DNA of 64,000 bases from Eledone cirrhosa (Eukaryota). The DNA is taken from positions 55,056,001 through 55,120,000 of the forward strand of contig OZ024745.1 in assembly GCA_964016885.1 (NCBI GenBank), written 5' to 3'. Below, piece by piece: positions 53,568 to 64,000 of the stretch (position 1 is the first letter of the stretch; the number at the start of each line of letters is the position of its first letter). The notes under the pieces were generated by a model that saw only the letters and a program-made list of their open reading frames with translations, was not told the origin of the DNA and did no database searches. A program made the position numbers and the translations under genes.

Positions 53568-55690
53568 TTATGTAATATTCGGCTTGTAGTGGGAAAAAAG
53601 GGTTTTAGTTCTGTGACGGCAGAATAATGTTCGTTCAATTCTGTTATTCAGCAGTTTCTTCTTGTGTGTGATTATGTAATAAATCTCAAGATTACACAAT
53701 TTGCAGAAATTTTGGCTCCTGGAAAAGCTTTGGGTTTTAGCTAATTTCTCCCATTTTAGGGTAAACTGTTGATCGCTATCCCTGAGCGTCCAAGCTTTTT
53801 CTGCTAAAGTTGTTACATTTCTTTGGCTCTGGTGTTTTATTGAGTAAGAATGCCTATACAATCGAGATTTAAACGATGTTGCCGTTGATCCCACGTAATA
53901 CCACTCGTTGCCTCCGGATTTAATGGTACACTTATAAATAATATTTTTTTCCAGGCAGTTATTGCCGAGGGGGCAGTTGTCAGGATAGGTGCAGTTACAG
54001 TTGTGTACGTTCGGTTTTCTCTGGAGTAGTATTGCGGACGAACTTAGGTGTGGTTTATTTATGTTCTGTAGTGTATTGTCTACTGTTTTTTTGTGTTCTT
54101 TGTACTTAAGTTTTTAGTGTTTTCGTTTAACCTTCTAGTATTGATCTTTTTTATGTGTTGTTCAAGGTTTAACGCTGTAGAGTATGGCAGTCTTATAGTG
54201 GTAGGGTTTAGGATTTTGTGGTATTTGTGTGATGTAGGAAAATGTCTTTTAATTATTTTAAAGAAGAGTACTGGTAAATTTGTACTAATGGAACTATTGT
54301 ATTCGGGGTTATACCATAAGTACTCTTTGCATCGCTTTCTATTAGTTTTGTTTGTTGGTTTACTGGTGTGCATACTATGGTAGTAAGTGTGGTTTGGTGT
54401 TGTGTTATTATATCTACCTATGTGGGATTTATTTTGGGTGTTTTGATTGTTCCCATCTATGTACTCTATTTTGTTGAGGTAGCCTGCTTTACTAAGGGCG
54501 TTATCGTAGTACTGGGCGTGTTCCTTAAATACTTGTATGTTAGAAGATAGACCCGAGATTCTAAGGGAAATATTTTTAGGGATAGATTTAATTATAGAGA
54601 TGGGGTGGTTAGACCCAACATTTACGTATTTGAGATTTTCATTCAATTTATGAAACGGTTTAATCAAACCAGAGTTTAAATTGAGTGTGACATCCAGGAA
54701 GTTAACTACTTTAAGGTTGTATTCATATGTTATAGTTAGTCCTATTTCGAGTAGTAGTTTTCTTATATCTTTGCGTAGTTTTTCTAGTTTTTGGTTATTA
54801 AGGTTTTTAGCTAGGAGGAGAACATCGTCGCGGCATATTCCGCCGTGGAGATTGCTGAATTTTTCCTGGAGTCTAAAGGCGATAAATAACCCCACAATAT
54901 CAGTTATTTCCGCCGAATCGTTAGAGCCCATTGTTATGTCAAAGTTAGAGGGTCTATCTTTACGTACCCAATAACTGTTCTCAAATTTGACTATAGTTTT
55001 CCTAGCTTCTAATATAATCTTAATTTCATCGTTTGTAAGGTCAGAGTTATCCTTAGCAAACTTAATGGCTCTATTCAAAGTTTCAGGTGATATCGATGAG
55101 TAATATTCATCGATATCAAACTGGATAAACTTAGATTTATTCTTATTGCTAATGCTATTAAACCATCTTATTGCTTCTTGGGTCTTCCCCCAGAGTTTAA
55201 TGTTAACCTTAGCCTTAATTTGGGGGATGATTCTATCTAAGATATATTTGCTTATTTTACCTATATCTGATTTAGAGGGGCAGATTAATCTAATTTTAGG
55301 GTCATTATCAAAGTTTACCTTGTGGTCCTTAAGATTGAAGGTGGGTACCGCCGGTAAGAGTGGTCCTGTCCTATCTTCGATTCCGAGATTTTTCACTATT
55401 TCGCATGCCTCATCATTGATGTGCTTAAGGGTTACTTCACTCGTTTTTCTATATTTTTTATGTAATTCTTTTCGAATGAAGTTGTTGTATGTAGTGCAAT
55501 CCATAGTGTACAGGTTTGATGTTTTGTCCGCTTTTACTACAATTCCTTTGGTGTTTTTAAGGTCGTCCAGTAGTTTTTTTATATCTTTCTGTAATTTGCT
55601 GTTGGTGTTGCGTCCTTTGAATTTAATTTTAAGGATTAAGTTCATAAGGTCCTGCTCAAATGCATCTAATAGTGGGTTGGTGGGTGGGTT
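53568..55690 (-). pseudogene. Penelope-like RT (521-aa open stretch) + GIY-YIG endonuclease, 5'-truncated and frameshifted near 54080
   Basis: KADKT, LKDHK, FIQFDIDEYYSSI, MGSNDSAEI, GICRDD (YRDD in copy 1), FLDVTL, then endonuclease ORF 53568-53894. Confidence 0.9.
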
Positions 55691-56380
55691 TTTACAACTG
55701 ACAACTGCCCCCTCGGCAATAACTGCCTGGAAAAAAATATTATTTATAAGTGTACCATTAAATCCGGAGGCAACGAGTGGTATTACGTGGGATCAACGGC
55801 AACATCGTTTAAATCTCGATTGTATAGGCATTCTTACTCAATAAAACACCAGAGCCAAAGAAATGTAACAACTTTAGCAGAAAAAGCTTAGACGCTCAGG
55901 GATAGCGATCAACAGTTTACCCTAAAATGGGAGAAATTAGCTAAAACCCAAAGCTTTTCCAGGAGCCAAAATTTCTGCAAATTGTGTAATCTTGAGATTT
56001 ATTACATAATCACACACAAGAAGAAACTGCTGAATAACAGAATTGAACGAACATTATTCTGCCGTCACAGAACTAAAACCCTTTTTTCCCACTACAAGCC
56101 GAATATTACATAAAAGAGGGACATCCCCCAACTATATAAACCTTAATCTAGTTAGAAAAATATAAAAACAATCTCTTCTCAACATATATTAATAACCTTA
56201 AATTACCACACTAATAATGGAAAGATATGCTGATGAGAATAGGTGCAAATATGCGATAATGAATGTGTCTAAAAACGTCCATAAGTATGTATATATATGT
56301 GAAAATGTATATAAATAAGTAAATATATATATATGTTTGATGTGTATAGTTAGATGTAAGTGTATTCATGTATTAAAGTG

Positions 56381-56476
<96 letters not shown>

Positions 56477-57033
56477 ATATGTGTATATAGATGTGTATGT
56501 ATGTGTATGTGTGTACACATGGACTAGAGTATGTATGTATATATGTGTGTGTCTATACGTGTGTATATAAAGATAAGTTGAGTATGAAAATGTATACACA
56601 TGAGCGCGTATGTATGTACATGAATACATGTGTGTATATATATGTGTATGCATGTGTATATATATGTAAGTATGAATATGTGAATTGTGAGTATATGTAT
56701 TTTGTAGAGGTGTGCAAATATATTTGTGTGTGAATGCGTGGGTGAAAGGATACGTACACTTGAAAGAAAAATTTAAGTCTGAATGTTAATTAAGTGCAAA
56801 CACAAAACCAACCACGCATATCTTTACTATCTCTAATCCTTCTATAGATTTAGAAAAATAACCAATAATATATTCTATAAAAAAATGTCAAAACAACAGA
56901 TGGGAATCTAATTACTCACTGCCACCAAGAATTCTCACTGCTATCGAAAAACCACTCCTTCAACTATTCTTCTAACAACTTCACCCCTCCCTCCTAATAT
57001 TCTCTATAAAAACGAAATAGGTCCTCAGTAATA

Positions 57034-57153
57034 TTATTCTGATGAAATGACAGTAAATAATAACATTGAAATATTGAATGTCTGCATAACTAAAAGTTTG
57101 TAGATAGCAGCTGTTTTAGGTTATGTAACTGGTATAGAAACACGTGTCAATAA
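57034..57153 (+). ncRNA. Long-stem-II hammerhead (inverted pLTR copy E)
   Basis: TTATT-CTGATGA-AATGACAGT...ACTGGTATA-GAAA-CACGTG-TC-AATAA. Confidence 0.65.
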
Positions 57154-57321
57154 ATTCCTTTCTACTAAACTGTATCCATTCAAATCTTTCTATATATATA
57201 TATATATATATATAAATATTTACACATACACCAATTAAACAAAGGCACAGGTATATATGTGTTTTGGCAACTATTCACGATGTGGCTCAATGAAGAATTA
57301 AATTAAACAATCAGAGCAAAA

Positions 57322-58156
<835 letters not shown>

Positions 58157-58173
58157 CATATATATATACACAC

Positions 58174-58213
<40 letters not shown>

Positions 58214-58216
<3 letters not shown>

Positions 58217-58335
58217 ATTGAAATGGCTTCTACAGGACTAGAACTAATTCATTCGAAGGAAATCACCAGGAAACCTTTCTTGATGATTTACTTCGAATGA
58301 AACAATTCTAGTCCTGTAGAAGCTATTTCTATATT
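58214..58335. repeat. Short foldback palindrome (~55-bp arms) next to (TA)n
   Basis: GAAATGGCTTCTACAGGACTAGAA...TTCTAGTCCTGTAGAAGCTATTTC. Confidence 0.88.
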
Positions 58336-58362
58336 AAACATTTATACTCATGTATACTCTGC

Positions 58363-58500
58363 ATTGCTTAGTGATTAGAACACTGGGCTTGCAATCGGGA
58401 GGTTGTGAGTTCAATTCTCGGGTAGGGTGACGTATTGTGTCCTTAAGCAAAACCCTCTATTTAACCTTGTTCCAGTTTGCTCAGCAGTAGATACGAGTTG
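58363..58500 (+). mobile_element. Second tRNA-derived SINE family (CORE-like), degenerate
   Basis: TTAGTGATTAGAAC...GTGAGTTCAATTCTCGG...TGTGTCCTTAAGCAAAAC; related copy at 63448. Confidence 0.7.
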
Positions 58501-58519
58501 CGTACCCGGAGTAATTATT

Positions 58520-60200
58520 GTCCTTGATTGAGTATTATCCTTCCGTTTACTGCTCCAGAAATCTGCCTATTTACATTTCTAGGCAGATTGTTTATTACTC
58601 TGGGTGTGTTTTTTCCAGGTTTGTTTATATATAACAGTAATATATTTTGTATTGTTTGTGAATGATATTTTATTCCAGTTATCCTGTCTAGAAATCTAAA
58701 TATTGATAAGAGTGTTGTCAGGTCATTTTACGTTTAATCTAGGAATGCATTTGTAAGGTTTCCTCTGAATTTATGTACTGTAAATCCGTCAATGTTTTAG
58801 CACCTTAATCTTTATTCGTCTTTATATAAATCTAATCTAAATGTGTTTCATATACTTTTACGTTTATCTTGTACATAATGACTGTTATTTCCACACACTG
58901 ATTACGTGATAAACTTGTTCATCCTTTCACTAACCAGCCAAGTTGTACAGAAAAGGATTTTTCGAATGTATTATTATTTTGTTATTGACATCTTGAGTTT
59001 GATTTTCGACATTTAGACATTTGTGACGTCAAATTGTATGCTAATTGTACGAAGCTTTGTTCTCTAAGTCGATGGAATAGACAACATCTGATGGCCACTT
59101 GTTATCTTGTATCAGTATTGACAATTGTACAATTTAGTATGGGCAATTTCTTTGAGATTTGTCTCACTGAATTTAATTTGTTTACTCCCTGATGTAAAAT
59201 TTTGGTTTTCTCTATATCTGGTTTTGTGCATTTTCAGGGTTGTGTATAATCCAAATTGTGTATTCTGATTTGTTATATTGTAACACAATTTTCGTGATTT
59301 TCTCTTCATTGCATCCAATATGTCAAGGCGTGTTTTATTACATTAGTTCTAAATACAACATTGTTGTGAATTTGTTCCGTGCATTTGTATTTTGAATATC
59401 GATAATTTGTTCCCTATACATTAACGATTTTTAATGAAATGTTCTCATGCCTGATTGGTGTTTGGTTTGTATGCGGTGTCCAATATGTTGAATCCTCCGT
59501 TCATTATCATTTTCATGAAATACTTCCTTTGATATTGTGTAGCAGAAATGTGTATTATGAAGAAATGTGTATTACTCGTTGTTCACATTGGTTTTGAGTG
59601 ATTTACATCACATACGTTTCATTATATATTAATTTTGTGGAACAATTATTTCAAATACTGCTGATTTAGGAAACATTTTAATAAATATATAACCAAGCGT
59701 AGTACCAGGTTTTATTTTCTCAAAAATTCGTAAACATTTTGATTATATTACCCCATTAGTTTTTTTCAAATTTTTCCTTATTTCAATGTGCTTAATCCAT
59801 ACATAATATCGATCAGGAATGCAGTGACAGGTGTTAACATCTGAAATCACTCCGACCTGCAAATGTGTAACATTTTCAGTCGATACTTAAAATAGCTTTA
59901 CGAAGTTTAGACTGGATCCTTTCACTTATTCCAGTTATTGTTTACACTGGTTGGTTTGTAAGGATGTTATATGAAGCTTTCACTATGGCTATCATTAATT
60001 CATATATGCTAATACGTTTACTTTTTTGTATTTTCCAAGTCTCAACTTCGCTATTGCTTGCTTATGTTCACTCACATATCTAGACATTTATTCTGGTTAT
60101 TGTCTGCGTTAGTGCCCTGCTCTCTTATGTCTTGTATTTCTGTATTGATTATTTCCTTGCTAGTTTAATAGTTGGCCCCATTATTATATCATTTACATCG
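58520..60200 (-). pseudogene. Highly decayed LINE (RT-like) remnant
   Basis: Strand-biased composition and faint RT-like patches; no intact motif. Confidence 0.35.
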
Positions 60201-60302
60201 AGTATTTCTAAATTCCTAATTAGAAAATATTTCTTTATGTTTTGTATATGTGGTAGGTGATTGTATTCAGGGCTTCGTGTTTACGTCTAATAATTTGTCA
60301 TT

Positions 60303-60362
60303 CTAACTACTAATAATTTTACTAATAATAATTTTACTAATAATTTTACTAATAATTTTATA
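60303..60362. repeat. 12-bp minisatellite (ACTAATAATTTT)n
   Basis: Direct reading. Confidence 0.85.
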
Positions 60363-60369
60363 ACTACAC

Positions 60370-63030
60370 TTGGCAAAGTGCGTTTGATATCTTCGGTGTT
60401 ATTTCCATTAGTTGGCATCACTGATCTTTACAAGTATCCTTTTACGGGTATATCCATTATTGTTGGATTGTTTTATCTCATGCATATAACCTTGGAAACT
60501 TCCGCATTATGCAGTCAAGTATTCCTCCGGTTTAAGGTCTGGACAACCCATCAATATGCCAAATATACCATGCATGTTTTTAGAAACAGTAAACAAAATC
60601 TATTAGTGGGAAGTATGATTATTTTAAAAACAAATCATTCATGATATAATCACAAGGCAAAGACATGATTTGCAAAGAGTGAAACAAATAATAAACAAGA
60701 GTTAAAATATGACCTATGCCAACAAAACAGAAATCAACTAAGAAAATAGCACGATATTAAGCAATGAATAAGAAAGAACAATGCACAATAGAGTAAAGGG
60801 AATCGATACACGCATAAAATATTTCAGAAATGAAACAAAGCAAGAAAAATGCCTGAAATACCGTATACATGAAATATTGGACACGAGCCAATATGCTACA
60901 TGAAAGTGAAAGCATTTATTGAAGGAATGTTGAGAATTCTGATACAAAATCACAAAACGTGAAGCATTCAGAAAATAATGTTTGAAAAAAATTGAAGTTG
61001 CGCATTTCATAGAGGGAAGCAACGACTGCGAGTTTTTATCCAATAGGAAAATATGGGATAAGATCAAAATAAAGAAACTAAAACAGGTTCAGGACGTGTA
61101 AATTAATACAGAGGTAATCAACAGTAGTAGAGTCCACTGGAATCAGAACAACTAAAAGGTAAAATCCTCACAAAGAAAGAGTGAAAACAGATTGAAATGA
61201 TGTTTGGAGACAACACAACCAGCACTCTCGAACTGGAATGCAAACTGATCATCTTCAAGCAATTATGAGCTCTCAGTGAGAAGGTTTGATACCAGAAGAT
61301 GGTGGCAGAATGAATAAGTTTAATAAGATTCAGTTGAAACCAAACGTCAATATATAGAGATATGAAGGGCAAAATAATAAATATCACTGAAACCCCATCC
61401 AAGAAAGACATGAATTAATTCAACCAAGATTCAATGTAGCTGAAAGAGTACCAAAAGCACTAGAACTTACACTACACGAAAAACATACTGCATCAGTGAT
61501 GATACCATTGAGACTGTGATAGGAATACACCAAGATAAGACAACATCAAGAAGAAACTTGAATGTCGGCTACTGGTACAAAACACTGACATTCTATCGGA
61601 TGTATCTTATGGATCTCTATAGCAAATTCTCAAGGGAGATGCACATATACGAAGGTGTTTGACATTAGCACAAAAAACATTAATCCCGGAGTAGAAAGAC
61701 ATACATTTGTGCTGAAAAACTAATAAACAAAAGCGTGATCTCAGAGGTGCGGTAACATAGGAACAATATGGGTACTCTCTGGATGGATTACCGGTAAGAA
61801 TTTGATTCTGTACCACACCCTTGGAGGATAGAGGCTCTCCGACTTGCTAAAATCCCAGTCGCTATTTTCAAAGCCATAACGAATCTGTCTTTTTCTTGCG
61901 CTACTAAACTAAAGTTAAATAGGGATAAGGTTGATTCTATGTTCACTGATAAAATAGAATACCACAGGGGGTATTTCAATAAGAGAGTCTCTCTGTTTCA
62001 ATGTATTCTGTCATTAAACCCCTTGTCCTTACTGCTAGGAAATGGGAAGGACACATAATTAGCTCACGGGACGTGAGGAATATAAACCTAATTCATATCT
62101 GTCTTGTGGAAGACGTGAAACTCTCCAGCAACCGCATTAAACGGAGGAAGAAAAACCGTAAGCTGAATGCAACGTTCTCGAAGTATATAGGAATGGAGTT
62201 TGGTTAGGATAAATTTTCATATATCATTGTAAAGCTAAAAGTCAATCGAGCAGCATTATTATCAATGGTCTAATTTTTTCACGGATATCTGACGTAGACT
62301 GATACAGATATCTAGGAATAGATGAGAATATATCCTATGATGGTATTTGTAACAAGAAACGCGTACCCAGGGAATATTACACCCGACCTACAGAAATAAA
62401 ATTATCTGAAACATCTGTGCACTATAAAACAGTCACTCACGATGTGCTTCCTGTGCCTGTACTAACACAAACATTCGGAATACTCGATTCAACGATGGAT
62501 GAAAATGAAACAGCACCGGAAATGTCCATAAAAACACTGATATATATACAGTATCTAAACTTAAACAGTGAGGCAAAGGTCTAAAATCAGTCCAGACAGC
62601 ATTTGTGTCCCGCATCATATCCATCCAACACGTCTACGTACCACCAAGCGTAGGAGCCTATCCGTTGAACAAGACCTTCTACATCAGACAAATAATATCA
62701 TGAGAGTTGGGAAAGAGCTCCGTGAGAAATACTCCCTGCATGGTAGTAAAAAAAGCACACTCCCAGATATTTCCAAACAATACCGATGTGAATCCATGGA
62801 TGAAAAGCTGCATGCTTTTCTACAAATCGAAAAAAAAAACATGTTGCCCGGAGGCTTCTAACTAAGAGTAATATATATATAAGCAAATTAGTCTATCTTG
62901 GACGAACAGCCGCTATATTGGATCTTTCTTTAAAGGACAGGATTTTGCACTCAAAGAACAGGAAATCAAAACAAAATATCTAATTCACAAATGATATGGC
63001 GATACAGGCAAAACACGTAGATGTGACACG
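60370..63030 (+). pseudogene. Decayed R4/Dong-like non-LTR element (RT region)
   Basis: Broken motifs WMDYR..FDSVPHPWRIEAL, GVFQ, LVEDVKL, IGMEFG, YRYLGIDE, FALKEQEI. The 5' boundary is uncertain. Confidence 0.65.
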
Positions 63031-63194
63031 TATACATACACACACACATATGCAGACATAAATACATACTTACGGAGCTGACAATGTCGAAATTCCAATG
63101 AAAGAGACTTGTGTCTATGTTAGAAACCGTCTCTCTCTCTCTCTCGCTCTCTATTGGTAAACATAGTTAATGGAATATGATTTCTTATATAGGC

Positions 63195-63385
63195 GCTAGG
63201 CCAGCAATTTGGGGGGAGGAGAAAGTTGATTAAATAGACTCCAGTGCGTGACTGGTACTTTACTTTATCGACCCCATAATGATGAAATGCAAAGTTAACC
63301 TCGGCGGGATTTGAACTCAGATCATAAAGGGCCGTAACTCTATGCTGCAAAGCATGGCGTCCGACCCGCTACCGATACTGCCAAT
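63195..63385 (-). mobile_element. tRNA-derived SINE (longer-tail variant)
   Basis: Same head and body as the other copies with extra 3' sequence. Confidence 0.85.
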
Positions 63386-63447
63386 ATAGTGTACAATATA
63401 ATGGAAGAATATACATACATATATGTGTGTGTGTGTGTGTGTGTGTG

Positions 63448-63780
63448 AAGACGCATGACTTAGTGGTTAGAGCATTGGGCTTCTAATCGGGAGGTTGTGA
63501 GTGTTATTCTCGGACCGGGTGTTATGTTTTGTCCTTGAGCAATACACTTTATTTCACGATGCTCCAGTTTACTCAGTTGTAGAAATAAGTTGCCGCATCA
63601 CTTATGGAATTCTCCTTTCCTTGGACAAGTGCCGTGGAAAGAGGAAGCTGGTATGGATTGACGACTGCTGATCTTCCACACACATCATTTCCCGGATGTG
63701 TGCCACGGAGGAGAACTATCTAGGCGCAAATCCCATGGTAATTTGTGGCCGAAGAGGGTCATTAACTTGCCTTTCCTATA
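63448..63780 (+). mobile_element. CORE-like tRNA-derived SINE
   Basis: TGACTTAGTGGTTAGAGC A box, TGTCCTTGAGCAATACACTTTA core-like block. Confidence 0.7.
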
Positions 63781-63785
63781 TATCC

Positions 63786-63906
<121 letters not shown>

Positions 63907-64000
63907 ATAATAATAAATTTGAAGACTAAAATCCAAAGAGGGTTCTATAAGGATAAATATTTATCAAATATATAAGAACCATAGTGCAAATATTTATTAA

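Larger units (their letters stand above)
52395..57192 (-). mobile_element. Penelope-like retroelement 2 with a ~1.5-kb inverted duplication of its 3' end (52505-53983 vs 55698-57192)
   Basis: Same family as element 1; arms nearly identical; (TA)n at both ends. Confidence 0.93.

Noticed and set aside
56229-56280. CTGATGA in the pLTR just downstream of the ORF
   Set aside because: No matching GAAA or stems, and not conserved in element 1.

Overview
AT-rich, microsatellite-laden animal genomic DNA, most likely an octopus (inferred from the SINE families, (TA)n density and TTAGGG). No host protein-coding gene is securely identifiable; the window reads as intronic or intergenic transposon-rich DNA. 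It contains two Penelope-like retroelements (RT plus C-terminal GIY-YIG, Hydra-clade-like) with tandem and inverted pseudo-LTRs, three Tx1/L1-clade copies, R4/Dong, CRE and RTE remnants, a rearranged mariner, about 13 tRNA-derived SINEs and several foldback palindromes. The most striking signal, read by eye, is a high density of hammerhead-ribozyme motifs: 9 with intact core nucleotides plus several decayed or half motifs. They fall into three architectures: (i) a pLTR hammerhead with a ~92-nt rod-like stem II, present in five copies; (ii) small (TA)n-anchored foldback elements with the ribozyme in the loop or on both arms; (iii) ~400-nt retrozyme-like units. Most short ORFs in the supplied track are microsatellite or antisense artefacts. 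All RNA folds are manual and untested, and many element boundaries are approximate.
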